Positions 27,232-36,616 of a DNA stretch of 64,000 nucleotides are shown piece by piece. Position 1 is the first letter of the stretch; every line of letters starts with the position of its first letter. This stretch comes from a virus (lineage: Duplodnaviria; Caudoviricetes), in IMG/VR virus record IMGVR_UViG_3300046103_002699, positions 3,807 to 67,806 of that record; one strand, 5' to 3'. The notes under the pieces are model-generated. The model had not been told where the DNA came from and did not search any database. It saw nothing but the letters and a program-made list of their open reading frames with translations. Made by a program: the position numbers and the translations under genes.

Positions 27232-29298
27232 TTAGTTTCTTATGCCTTGAACGTGTTGGCTATATGTCTTGTCATTGTCCAAAGACTTGCGCATCTCTAT
27301 GTCGCGAGCGGGGCTTCCCATAGACCACTCTAATACAGGATCGTTAGCAGGGGCACCGCTTTCCATTTCTCCTGTAAAGTCGTTTTTCCAATCAGTGTCA
27401 CTTAAACCGATAGCCGCCATAGCTTTCCCGCCTGTTGAACGCTTGCCTTTTGCCTTCGCCCATGCTTTCCACTCGGAGTTTTTTCTATAGTTCCGCATTT
27501 TTATAAAGTCTTGAGCCATCTCTAAAATCATCTCTTTGGACTGCGCTATATTTTCCATAGATTGCTTTGCACTGTTTGCGGGAAGTGCTTTTGCGTCTTT
27601 TGAAAACTGTAAAGATTGCGCTACAAACATCGCCATTTGTGGGTCGTCGTTTGCGTCGGAACCTAATTCGTTTGCGTACGTTAAAAACTTCTCCATCGCT
27701 AAAGCGCCCGTTGGTCGTTTGTTGCCTGAAAAAAGGATATCGGTCGCTTTGTTTGGTAACATTTGAGAACCGCCCTTGCCGTACTTATCCGACAGCCCGT
27801 CTAATAGGTTCATGTCTTTTACCATTTGATTGTACTCTTTGAATGTGTTTTCATTCACGTCCATAGAGATAGCGTCGGCTGAGTAGCCTTTTTTCGGGTC
27901 GTACTTAACTGAAGTAATGCCTTTTACGCCTTGTATGCCTCCGTCGGTCGCCCAATCAAAAAGTTCAGTGCCCGCAGATATAGAAGCAAGCCCCGCTTGT
28001 GCCCAAGGGTTGCGTGCAGCTTTTTCACCCCACTTGCCCGCTTTGTCTAAAATCTTACCCGCACCTTTAAAAATCTTATTGTTTTTGAGCTTTTTAAAAG
28101 CAGCGGAAGTTTTTGAGTCTACATTGTCATATGCGTTGGAAGCCTTTTGATCTAACTTATCCCAAGCATTGGTCACTTTTGTTGGGCTTCTGACATCATA
28201 ACCCTTTGAAAATAAAGTCTCGTTGTCTTTGAGTAAAAGTGTGTCTTTAAAATTCTTGTAGCCTTTCTTAGCCAACTCCCCTGTTTTCTTAGCGCCTTTC
28301 TTGAGAGCCTCGCCTGTTTTCTCAACCCCTTTTTTTGCGTCGTCCCATAAAGGAGAGTCTAAATTTTTTCCTTTTCTTATCTTCTCTTGGGCTTTGTTTG
28401 AAGTTGTAATGGTATCGGCGCCCTTTGCTTGTACTACTCTGTCGCCCCCACCCGTCAGCGATCTTGTCTTTTTATCTGTGTCGGTAAATGTGTCGTTTTT
28501 CATGTCCACACCCTGCGGTGTGTCACGCATCTTACTTGCTATACCCACGCCTGCCGCGAGGGGGTCAAATAGTTCGGGAGTCTTCATGTCTCCTAACAAA
28601 GGATTGTCCTTACTAAACAGATGTGGATCGCGATCTACGAAACCTTCTTTAAATTCTTTATTATTCCCATGAGCAGTCCGCATGTCGTCCGTGGTTTTAA
28701 GCGGTTCTCCTGTCAAAGGATCACGCGGGATGGGGTCGTCCACACTCACCCTCATCGGGCTGTTCATATTTGGGTTCTTTTGCCTCGTGGCGTTCAGCGG
28801 TAAAGGATTGTTCACCCCGCCTTGTTGAAAATTACCACGCATACCGTCGGGACGCACCATGTAGCTTCGACTGTCTAATCCGTTAGGCATTGTTAGATTA
28901 AACTTACCGATGTCCAAGTTAGTGGTAAACGGTGCGTCTTTATCTAAACCTCGTCCTAAATACTTTCCTACCTGTGCGGGTGTCATTCCTAAGTTAGGAT
29001 CACCCGTAAACATGCGATTTTTGTTTTTTTCAGTGGCAGCGCCTAAGTCAACAAACCTTCTATCGCCTTCGGGAGCGTCAGGTGCGTGTTCGGCTTCGAC
29101 CATTATACGGTTCGGATTGTTCGGAACTTCTGAACCTTGAGTCTGAGTGAAGGGGGTCATGGTCGGGTGCAATCCCGCTCTGACTTCTTTAACCAAATTT
29201 TGATTGGGGTCTCGTAGTTGATTCGGTCTGCTGTTTTGCAACTGCTCCAAATCAATCTTAGGCGCCATGCGCCGCCGCTCTTCTTCGGTTAAAGCCAT
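27232..29298 (-). CDS. 688-aa putative internal virion protein
   Basis: Low-complexity K/A/G-rich; directly upstream of and abutting the giant ejection protein gene. Confidence 0.6.
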   Translation of the reverse strand: MALTEEERRRMAPKIDLEQLQNSRPNQLRDPNQNLVKEVRAGLHPTMTPFTQTQGSEVPNNPNRIMVEAEHAPDAPEGDRRFVDLGAATEKNKNRMFTGDPNLGMTPAQVGKYLGRGLDKDAPFTTNLDIGKFNLTMPNGLDSRSYMVRPDGMRGNFQQGGVNNPLPLNATRQKNPNMNSPMRVSVDDPIPRDPLTGEPLKTTDDMRTAHGNNKEFKEGFVDRDPHLFSKDNPLLGDMKTPELFDPLAAGVGIASKMRDTPQGVDMKNDTFTDTDKKTRSLTGGGDRVVQAKGADTITTSNKAQEKIRKGKNLDSPLWDDAKKGVEKTGEALKKGAKKTGELAKKGYKNFKDTLLLKDNETLFSKGYDVRSPTKVTNAWDKLDQKASNAYDNVDSKTSAAFKKLKNNKIFKGAGKILDKAGKWGEKAARNPWAQAGLASISAGTELFDWATDGGIQGVKGITSVKYDPKKGYSADAISMDVNENTFKEYNQMVKDMNLLDGLSDKYGKGGSQMLPNKATDILFSGNKRPTGALAMEKFLTYANELGSDANDDPQMAMFVAQSLQFSKDAKALPANSAKQSMENIAQSKEMILEMAQDFIKMRNYRKNSEWKAWAKAKGKRSTGGKAMAAIGLSDTDWKNDFTGEMESGAPANDPVLEWSMGSPARDIEMRKSLDNDKTYSQHVQGIRN

Positions 29299-29346
29299 TT
29301 TTGTATGTTAACGAGAGTTGTATCTCGTCTGCAATCGGTTGTATTA
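29299..29346 (-). promoter_or_regulatory. Late promoter with TAATACAAC box, 48 nt before ATG 29298
   Basis: TAATACAAC-CGA-TTGCAG-N18-TAACAT-N6-ATG; the spacer is a perfect hairpin ACGAGA-TACAAC-TCTCGT; the TAA is the terminase stop. Confidence 0.7.
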
Positions 29347-31086
29347 CCGCAAATGTCCCAAAGGTTGTCGGCTCCAACCGTCTGGACAGAGATACGTTGG
29401 GTCTTTTAACAGCTTGCGACGGTTTATTTTTCTGACCCTTACCTTGTTTGTAGTACTTGCGTCTAAGTTGTATAGCGCGATTGCCGCTGCTAACACATGG
29501 TCGTCGTGGTGCCCTGGTGCTGCTTCGGGTTTTCCTGAAGAGTTGGTCACAAAAGTTTTCATTTCCTCTATGACTTTTTCTGAGGGTATGTCTATACGCT
29601 CTTCAAGAACCAATGTTGCCATGTGGTCGAGTATTGTTTTCCGCGTTGCGCGATCCGTGTTCCACCCATAACTCTTTTCAATCATTTTGGTGACTTGGGA
29701 CATCCGCTTTCTTTGCCAAACAGGCACGCCGTACTCTATTAAATACTTAACTAACGCGAGTCCGCAGTTATTGACTTCGGGCACTGTGATGCACTTCCCA
29801 TACAATATAGATAAGTTAGCTACTTCTTCAGCTAAATACGCTATGTCTAACCGTGAGTGATGCAGTGCTACAAGAGCTGTGTCTTGTTCCACGCCGTTGT
29901 GATCGCGATACGCTCTTCGCCATACCTGTGCGCTGTGGTAGTCAGGGTCAGCGGTGATTCCTGTGACCTGTTGGTCTTCTCCCGTGCAAGTATCAATTGA
30001 TACTAAATAATCACATCCTTGTTTTGGGTGCTCCCATATTTCAACCGTGCCTCGCGGATCGGGTAAGAAGGTGGCGGTTTTGTTATCCTGCGCTACAACG
30101 AGCCCTCTGGCTAATGGAGCTCTTATAGCGCGGCTCATTCGGCTTACGCATTCTGAGTTAAACTTGGGTCGTGACGATAAGAGAAAGCATTCTAAAGGAT
30201 CGCTAGGATATTCTTGCCTAAATTTATCGCGATCTCCCCCGCACTTGTCCATTATAGTCCGACGGCGCCACTGCATCTGCTCAAGTCCGCATTCATACTT
30301 TTCGATTTCTCGTTGCTCGTCTTCGTCTAAACTAGCTTTAAACACTGCTTTATCCGCTTCGGTTTTAAAAGGGATGACAGAATCGCTGAACTCGAACCAC
30401 GCTGCGAAAATAAACTTCCAATCGTTTTTTTCCTTCATGGAAGCCATGCAAGTGTCATAAAACCAACCGCTAGGCCCGTTAGGGGTAGAGTCAGCTATGC
30501 ACAGACTAACTTCGCTTTCATCGTATAAACTTTGTAAATACGCTAGGGCTGGGTCAGTTGAACCGCTTGCAGCCCAAAAAGCTACCTCGGTCATGTTTCC
30601 CACCTGAATCGTGCCTGAACGACCCGCGTTCTTCGATCCCGCTGTTTCTTTTCCGTACTCTGATTTTGTTATCAGTTCTACGCCGTCAGCTCGACTTCCG
30701 CCTTTTGAAATATTTCCCGCGCTTGTCCACGGAAATGTATCGCTTTCCGCGAACCGCCTAAAGATTTCAAATACCTTGTCAGAGGTTCCCGCGATGTCTC
30801 CCATTAAAGAACCGTTCAAAGAAGGGTACTTCATAAAGTGATGATACGCTAAAGCCTGTGAACAGGTCGAAGCTCCTTTTTGTCGCGGTTTTAAAACCAC
30901 CATTTTGCACGGAGCGCTTTTTGCTTGGCACTCGCGGTAGTATTTAAACATTCTTTGCTGTAAAATGTTCGGTGTTGGTGCTTTTACCACCTTTCCGCGT
31001 TTGTCTTTTATAGTTCCGTAAGTCGCGAACCATGTTCCCGCGTCCAGTCGGATCAAATCAGCGGGGTTTAGGCTAGTCTTTGCCAT
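29344..31086 (-). CDS. terL: Terminase large subunit
   Basis: VLKPRQKGAST Walker A, GNMTEVAFW Walker B, DSTPNG coupling motif, nuclease SIDTCTGED..DYHSAQV and HHDDHVLA. Confidence 0.93.
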   Translation of the reverse strand: MAKTSLNPADLIRLDAGTWFATYGTIKDKRGKVVKAPTPNILQQRMFKYYRECQAKSAPCKMVVLKPRQKGASTCSQALAYHHFMKYPSLNGSLMGDIAGTSDKVFEIFRRFAESDTFPWTSAGNISKGGSRADGVELITKSEYGKETAGSKNAGRSGTIQVGNMTEVAFWAASGSTDPALAYLQSLYDESEVSLCIADSTPNGPSGWFYDTCMASMKEKNDWKFIFAAWFEFSDSVIPFKTEADKAVFKASLDEDEQREIEKYECGLEQMQWRRRTIMDKCGGDRDKFRQEYPSDPLECFLLSSRPKFNSECVSRMSRAIRAPLARGLVVAQDNKTATFLPDPRGTVEIWEHPKQGCDYLVSIDTCTGEDQQVTGITADPDYHSAQVWRRAYRDHNGVEQDTALVALHHSRLDIAYLAEEVANLSILYGKCITVPEVNNCGLALVKYLIEYGVPVWQRKRMSQVTKMIEKSYGWNTDRATRKTILDHMATLVLEERIDIPSEKVIEEMKTFVTNSSGKPEAAPGHHDDHVLAAAIALYNLDASTTNKVRVRKINRRKLLKDPTYLCPDGWSRQPLGHLR

Positions 31087-31327
31087 TTTTACGCACTGCT
31101 ACGAGTAATTCTTCCATTTTTTGAAATAAATCGTCTAAATTCTTGTCGATTCGATGAATATGGGTCTGTAATTCCTTATTTTCCTGTTGGGCTCGCGCTA
31201 TTTCGACCCTTACATTAGAAATACTGTTCTGATTGCGGTCGATTCGCGCATTGAGACGTTGAATCATGTACAACGAAAAAGCGACCACGGCTCCCGAAAC
31301 AGCGGTTATGATTGAAATGCTGTCCAT
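31073..31327 (-). CDS. Membrane-anchored coiled-coil protein (holin-like)
   Basis: N-terminal hydrophobic helix followed by a long heptad stretch. Confidence 0.45.
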   Translation of the reverse strand: MDSISIITAVSGAVVAFSLYMIQRLNARIDRNQNSISNVRVEIARAQQENKELQTHIHRIDKNLDDLFQKMEELLVAVRKNGKD

Positions 31328-31719
31328 TAAACAGTATAGACGTCTTCGATGTCTTCGGTAGGTTCGGGCTCGGCGGCGGGCTCTTCGTCTTCGGGCACTT
31401 CGGGCGCTACAACAACAGGGTCGGGATCAGGGTCGGGAGCAGGGAGAATAATAGGAGCGGGGCACGCAACTCGTCTCCAACCCACACCCTCGCCTGCGAA
31501 ACCTATAGCACCGCCATTGTCTTGTAACCCGTCTCCGTTGTAATCGACATTCGCGAATGTTGCGAAAATGGTCAATACTTCTCCTGTCTGACCAAAAAAT
31601 GGGTGTGTCGCTCGTAGTATCTCGACGCAGTCTCCTACTTGTAATGTAGTCACCGCTGCATCGCCCGCTGCTGTAATAACGCCTGAAGTAGCTCCAAGCC
31701 CCGTGCCTAGATTTGGCAT
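31327..31719 (-). CDS. Hypothetical protein with KOW/SH3-like motif and Pro/Glu-rich tail
   Basis: LQVGDCVEILRATHPFFGQTGEVL resembles a KOW motif; PDPDPDP..EDEEPAAEPEP tail. Confidence 0.5.
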   Translation of the reverse strand: MPNLGTGLGATSGVITAAGDAAVTTLQVGDCVEILRATHPFFGQTGEVLTIFATFANVDYNGDGLQDNGGAIGFAGEGVGWRRVACPAPIILPAPDPDPDPVVVAPEVPEDEEPAAEPEPTEDIEDVYTV

Positions 31720-31720
31720 C

Positions 31721-31972
31721 TTAAATTTTGTACAGAATAGCCGAGCCTGCTATAACAGTTACTTTGTCGAATCTGCCATATATAGTAGTATTCGATGGAA
31801 GTTCTGTGGAACTAACCCAGCCTTCTAAATTTCCCTCAAAGGATAATTTAGTGTTATTGGCAATCACTTGAACTGCGTAAAAAGTGCCTGCTTCGGGAGT
31901 GCCTGTGTTTACAAACACGCCTCCGTCAGCACCTGTAGTCGAATGTGAGCGTATTTTTGATGATGCATTCAT
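31721..31972 (-). CDS. First gene of the late operon, small beta-rich hypothetical protein
   Basis: 83 aa; TIYGRFDKVTVIAGSAILYK C-terminus; preceded by the late box. Confidence 0.65.
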   Translation of the reverse strand: MNASSKIRSHSTTGADGGVFVNTGTPEAGTFYAVQVIANNTKLSFEGNLEGWVSSTELPSNTTIYGRFDKVTVIAGSAILYKI

Positions 31973-32019
31973 ATTCTCAATACATAGGTAGTGGTACCCA
32001 AGTTCAAGCGGTTGTATTA
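31973..32019 (-). promoter_or_regulatory. Late promoter with TAATACAAC box, 47 nt before ATG 31972
   Basis: TAATACAAC-CGC-TTGAAC...ATG at the head of the late operon. Confidence 0.65.
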
Positions 32020-32046
32020 CATAAAAAAATCTGAAATTTGGGTTCC

Positions 32047-32104
32047 CATATTTTTTTAAATTAGGGTACCCCTATGCATATTTTTTTAAATTAGGGTACC
32101 CCTA
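32047..32104. repeat. 28-bp tandem direct repeat (period 30), candidate packaging/terminase recognition element
   Basis: CATATTTTTTTAAATTAGGGTACCCCTA at 32047-32074 and 32077-32104; degenerate partial copy at about 32034-32050. Confidence 0.9.
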
Positions 32105-32390
32105 CGGAGTCCCAAAGGGGAGAGGCTAGGGTCTCTTTTTTACATGCTATGTCGGTATCGGCATCGGTACGCGAGCGGGCTACCCGCGGGCACGCGGTCG
32201 GGACGTACGTGAGAGCCGTAGCGCGGTGTCATCACAGCGTCATCGGTGACCTAGCGCGGAGCTAGATGTTAGTGATCATGCGGGGTTCCACGCTTCGCGG
32301 TCTCCGATTCCTAGTCTGCAAGCGGGCTTCAGCTCCCTTACTCCCGAAAGTTCTAGCGGGGCGAGTGGTGGTGAGTGGCGAGGAAACAGG

Positions 32391-32675
32391 GAGCTGTGAG
32401 CTGTGGCTGTGAGCTGTGGCTGTGGCTGTGGCTGTGGCTGTCGCTGTGGCTGTGAGCTGTGGCTGTGGCTGTGAGCTGTGGCTGTGGCTGTGGCTGTGGC
32501 TGTGACGTCATGGTGACGTCATGTCGATGTCGATGTCGATGTCGATGTCGATGTCGATGTCGATGATGTCGATCTCGATCTCGATGATGATGATGATGAT
32601 GATGATCTCGGTGATGATGATCTCGGTGATGATGATCTCGATCTCGATCTCGATCTCGATGATCTCGATGATGAT
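32391..32675. repeat. Compound simple-sequence repeat block
   Basis: (GCTGTG)n/(GAGCTGTG)n at 32391-32504, then (TCGATG)n, (GAT)n and (TCGATC)n at 32521-32675. Confidence 0.95.
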
Positions 32676-32977
32676 AGTGCAACGCGCCCCGCTTGGGCAG
32701 TGGGCTGTGGCTCGCTGTCACACCTCTCACTGCTTATGCGGTGTTCAACTCCCATACCCCCCTTTAGGGGGTTATGGGGTGTAGGAGGGGCGAGAAGGGG
32801 TCAAATCGTCGTTTTGATGGGTTGAGGTGGGTTCTCACATGGGAAATCTCGAAAAGCAAACGATGGCGCGATCGCGCATTATGCGCACGGGATGGAGTAC
32901 CTGCGCGTGCGTAGTAGTAGGGAGGACGTTTGGTGGCGGTGTGGTTGCAAGATGTAAGACATCGTCCATACAGGAGC

Positions 32978-32996
32978 TTGACAGGGGTGATACACT
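32978..32996 (+). promoter_or_regulatory. Early promoter, extended -10 TG-A-TACACT, leaderless ATG 6 nt downstream
   Basis: TTGACA-GGGG-TG-A-TACACT-GAGGGC-ATG(33003). Confidence 0.55.
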
Positions 32997-33002
32997 GAGG
33001 GC

Positions 33003-33281
33003 ATGACAATAAACATCACTACATCTACCGCGTCGAAGACTTCAGCCTTGGCAACCTTATGGGATTGCTTCGCTTGTGCCACGAACCGCTTGACTGCATC
33101 AGAGTACTCGTCTCCCGCTTTCGAGGAGTACCTCCACACAGGCGGAGTTTCATACGGCGCCGAGTGGCGTAATTCATTTCCGCTTATTACAGCAAAGGGC
33201 AATGAGGCTCGTAAATACCTAAACATGGTAGTGAACCGCAACAACGAGGGCACCTACGAATGTTATGTGTACATCCTCTAA
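33003..33281 (+). CDS. First early gene, hypothetical
   Basis: 92-aa ORF directly after the promoter. Confidence 0.65.
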   Translation: MTINITTSTASKTSALATLWDCFACATNRLTASEYSSPAFEEYLHTGGVSYGAEWRNSFPLITAKGNEARKYLNMVVNRNNEGTYECYVYIL

Positions 33282-33288
33282 GGGGGCC

Positions 33289-33307
33289 TTGACACATATG
33301 TTAAAGT
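33289..33307 (+). promoter_or_regulatory. Second early promoter, extended -10 TG-T-TAAAGT
   Basis: TTGACA-CATA-TG-T-TAAAGT; same layout as 32978. Confidence 0.45.
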
Positions 33308-33372
33308 AATACTTTCGCTACACATCTAACATACATCATCATTACATCATCATTACAATAACTCAAAAAATT

Positions 33373-33729
33373 ATGACAGAACTCGAACTCAAATTGAAAG
33401 AAACCGAAGCTAGAAATATAGAGCTGTTCAAGCAAGGCGTGGAATTAACAAAAGAGAACGCGAACATGAGAGATCGCTTGGAGGAATTAGGTTCTTTGGA
33501 AGAACTTATAGAAGACGGCTCGCTCAAGGATTTGAAAGGAGAAAGCGCAGAATATACAGCGCCTCAAATCGAAAAAGTATTAGATTATATCAATCATTCT
33601 GAAGACTCTGAGCTTTGGCGGTACTCTTCTTTTGCTCAAAAGCACGATGAGATAATTAATTATCTAATCGGTGAGGAAAGAATCCATCTAAGCCCACGTA
33701 ATACAGAATACTTAAAAATAAGTTTCTAA
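33373..33729 (+). CDS. Early coiled-coil hypothetical protein
   Basis: 118 aa with heptad-rich N-terminus. Confidence 0.7.
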   Translation: MTELELKLKETEARNIELFKQGVELTKENANMRDRLEELGSLEELIEDGSLKDLKGESAEYTAPQIEKVLDYINHSEDSELWRYSSFAQKHDEIINYLIGEERIHLSPRNTEYLKISF

Positions 33730-33743
33730 CGCCACTACATACT

Positions 33744-35285
33744 ATGAATGACGAACAATTAAATCAGCTTTCCTGTTCACAGGAGAACCAAGCAAAACTA
33801 CGCAAAGCAGTCACTGCGGCGCAAGAGGGGCACACCCCTAAGAAATACGACGTCAGAGCGCTGACCAAGAAAATGGATTTATTTAAAGCCGCGCTAGATT
33901 TAGGTATCGACTTAGCGCAGTACACAGCCAACAGCGGGGCGAGGAAAAGCACTCCCATTGATGGCAAGCTTTTCACCTCTGATAAGGAGGTAACAAAGGG
34001 CAGTTTGCACCGCTCAATCGATGCGATTGAGGCAGACATTTCAGTATTCGATGAGTGCTACAAGCGTAGCCTCGATCAGCTCGCCAAGGTAGAGGCTATA
34101 GAGGGAATTGATAGTGCAGTAGTGGACGCATCGAGGGCATCGAGTGAGAAGGCTGAACGTGACCTGTCCACCGCCATCACTGAAAAGGCTGATGCGGTCA
34201 AACATTTTGCTGAAAAGGCACAGCAAGCCCGCTCGAATTTGTCAGTGGCAGTGCCCGCCGTTCGTGACATTGATTGGCAGTGTGCCAAGAAAGTTTTCGG
34301 GCTCAAAGTCAAGGCGCTCGATGGTATCCTTTGCCCTGTCTATGTGGGCTTCGATCAAGATGTTTTATCAGCGGTGCCCGCTGTCGATCCTAATTTCTTT
34401 TTTAACTACGAAGGCGGTGAACTCTTGCGGGACGTGTTGATTAGTTTCGGTGCCGTTTATAAGAGCGGTAACCCCGCCAACGCCAACCTTTGGCTTTGGG
34501 GTCAAAGGGGAGCGGGAAAGAGTGACATGTTTACTCAAATCGCGGGGCGCCTCAATCGCCCGCTGTTTGTAACAAGTTGCCACAGGGAGCTCACCATCGA
34601 ACAGCTTGGCGGTGAGTTTGACCCTCGATCAGTAGCACAGGGCACAGGCGCTCCTGTTCTGTTGACTCCCTCGTTCGCCAAAGGCGTAGGTACGAAGCAC
34701 GCCATAGTGGTAATGGACGAGGTAGCGCGGGTCAATCCAACCAATGCTGTTGGATTCAATGGTGCGCTAGAATCACGTATCTTGAACCGCATCGATGGTT
34801 CAAGCATACCATTTGCGGAGGGCGTAACAATCGCAGTCACTGATAACACAGACGGCACAGGTGATCCAACAGGGCAGTTTGAAGCATACCCGCAAGATCA
34901 AAGTTTTCTCGATAGGTTTCGCACCATAATCAATGTGCCCTTTCTACCCGAAAGCGTAGAGGCTAAAGTACTCATCGCTAAGGAGGGCGTATGCTCTCCC
35001 ATAGCGAAGTTGATAGTTAAGGTGATGAACGCCTTTCGGGGCGCTTCACAGGGAGCGGGCGGGCATCAAGCACGCGGGCTCTACCCTTCACTACGTGGTG
35101 CCTTTGCCCTGTCTTTCGGCTTGCGGGAAGGTAAAGCATTTAGGCGGGCAGTAATGCAGAACTTAGTGGGCTCTGCAATCCCCGCTGATTTGGAGATAGC
35201 CAACGTGCTACTCGATAGCCTGTGCCCTTCAGATGAAGATGTGCGGGAAGTGCTCAACGGCACCAAGTCAGATTTTAATAATTAA
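33744..35285 (+). CDS. MoxR/CobS-like AAA+ ATPase with N-terminal coiled coil
   Basis: LWGQRGAGKS Walker A, VVMDEV Walker B, IAVTDN sensor, QSFLDRF arginine finger. Confidence 0.85.
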   Translation: MNDEQLNQLSCSQENQAKLRKAVTAAQEGHTPKKYDVRALTKKMDLFKAALDLGIDLAQYTANSGARKSTPIDGKLFTSDKEVTKGSLHRSIDAIEADISVFDECYKRSLDQLAKVEAIEGIDSAVVDASRASSEKAERDLSTAITEKADAVKHFAEKAQQARSNLSVAVPAVRDIDWQCAKKVFGLKVKALDGILCPVYVGFDQDVLSAVPAVDPNFFFNYEGGELLRDVLISFGAVYKSGNPANANLWLWGQRGAGKSDMFTQIAGRLNRPLFVTSCHRELTIEQLGGEFDPRSVAQGTGAPVLLTPSFAKGVGTKHAIVVMDEVARVNPTNAVGFNGALESRILNRIDGSSIPFAEGVTIAVTDNTDGTGDPTGQFEAYPQDQSFLDRFRTIINVPFLPESVEAKVLIAKEGVCSPIAKLIVKVMNAFRGASQGAGGHQARGLYPSLRGAFALSFGLREGKAFRRAVMQNLVGSAIPADLEIANVLLDSLCPSDEDVREVLNGTKSDFNN

Positions 35286-35304
35286 TCAGAAAGGAAATAA
35301 TAAT

Positions 35305-36597
35305 ATGAATGGATCAGATTTCAAACACGCAATAGCAAGCTCAGTGAGCGGGGTAGGTAGAGCGGTAGAGCTCACCTACAAGGGCGATACAGCCCCCGCC
35401 TCCTTCAAGCACTTTGAACCTCAGTTTATGGGTGACGGCGCTTGGACTTCATTCACCCGCACTAGAGGAGAGAAATCTTGGGAAATAGCGGGCGCTATTA
35501 ATTTACCCGCCATTGACCTTCGTGCCGAGGTGCCGAGTCAATTTGTAGATCATGTGAAGGGCTTTCTAGTTCATGAGCAGTTGCACGTGTTGCTCACCGA
35601 CTTTGAGGCATACCAAGCCACCACAGAGAAAGTGAGTCAAATCCACCGCGAGAATAATCTTAAACTACCTTTGCATATTTTTAACGCATGGTGTGCCAAC
35701 GCTTGCAATAGCGCGGAAGATATTCGCATCGAGATGGTCAACATTCGTAAGGCGTGGTTTGTGGGTGCTTTACCCTTCTTAATCTCGATCATGGAATTCC
35801 ATTTGAATAAATCGCTCGATGAGGGATTTGACCCATGCGATCATTCACAATTATCGTGGACATTGAAAATTCTTGGAGTTGCCAAACTTTGCAAGTACCC
35901 ACTGAGCCGCGCTAATGAGGTAGAGCAAATAGTCGCACAGGGCAATCCCGCGCTATACCAAGCCATACTTAAAATCATCGATGCCGTCGATGGCTCCGAT
36001 TTCAGTGAGCATGGACAGGATGCATGGCGCACCACTTTGGCTCAGATAACTCAGTTCGCCATAAATGTTGATAGTCAACGCCCGCCTACAAATCCACAGC
36101 CTAATGATGACGATGGCGATGAGAACACTATGGGTAACCCACAGCCTAGTATCGATACTGATACTAACCCACAGCCTAATGATGACGGCGATGAGGGTGA
36201 GGGTGAGGGCTCTGATGGCGAGGGCGATGAGGGTGATGAGGGTGAGGGCACTAAGGGCAAGGGTGATGCCGAGGGTGAGGGTGAGGGTGAGGGCGATGAT
36301 GGCGATGATGGCGAGGGTGAAGGCGGTAAGGGCGATGCCGAGGGCGAGGGTAAGGTAAAGCAGAGCGACAATGACAAAGATGTCGAAGTCGATGGACGAA
36401 CCACAGGCGAGAACGAAGGCGGTTTCGATGTTGACCTTGCGAAAGTGGAGAGCGACAGGAACCGCTATGAAAAAGCTCTGAGCGATCAAGCTCGCGACGT
36501 TAATAAAGATTCTAATGGGCGCACTTTTGAAGGCAGTCAATCGGCATCGAATTTCCAAGGCGGGACGCTCAACGTCTTCGAGCTAGAAATAAACTAA
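35305..36597 (+). CDS. HEXXH metallopeptidase-like protein with acidic Gly/Asp/Glu-rich tail (CobT N-half-like)
   Basis: LVHEQLH motif, later EDIRIE; D/E/G low-complexity region; start moved to ATG 35305 behind SD AAGGA. Confidence 0.7.
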   Translation: MNGSDFKHAIASSVSGVGRAVELTYKGDTAPASFKHFEPQFMGDGAWTSFTRTRGEKSWEIAGAINLPAIDLRAEVPSQFVDHVKGFLVHEQLHVLLTDFEAYQATTEKVSQIHRENNLKLPLHIFNAWCANACNSAEDIRIEMVNIRKAWFVGALPFLISIMEFHLNKSLDEGFDPCDHSQLSWTLKILGVAKLCKYPLSRANEVEQIVAQGNPALYQAILKIIDAVDGSDFSEHGQDAWRTTLAQITQFAINVDSQRPPTNPQPNDDDGDENTMGNPQPSIDTDTNPQPNDDGDEGEGEGSDGEGDEGDEGEGTKGKGDAEGEGEGEGDDGDDGEGEGGKGDAEGEGKVKQSDNDKDVEVDGRTTGENEGGFDVDLAKVESDRNRYEKALSDQARDVNKDSNGRTFEGSQSASNFQGGTLNVFELEIN

Positions 36598-36616
36598 TAA
36601 AACACTACATACTACA

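Noticed and set aside
32047-32104. CRISPR-like array
   Set aside because: Only two adjacent copies separated by 2 nt, no spacers, no cas operon; the DUF2800-like nuclease is a replication exonuclease.
32353-32784. His-rich, Ser/Arg-rich and Met/Ser-rich ORFs (32353..32730, 32519..32755, 32521..32784)
   Set aside because: They are by-products of trimer/hexamer repeats lacking stops; no RBS or promoter support.
35953-36558. Long antisense ORFs (hydrophobic or SP-repeat) over the acidic tail
   Set aside because: Mirror frames of the GAGGGT/GATGAC low-complexity coding repeat.
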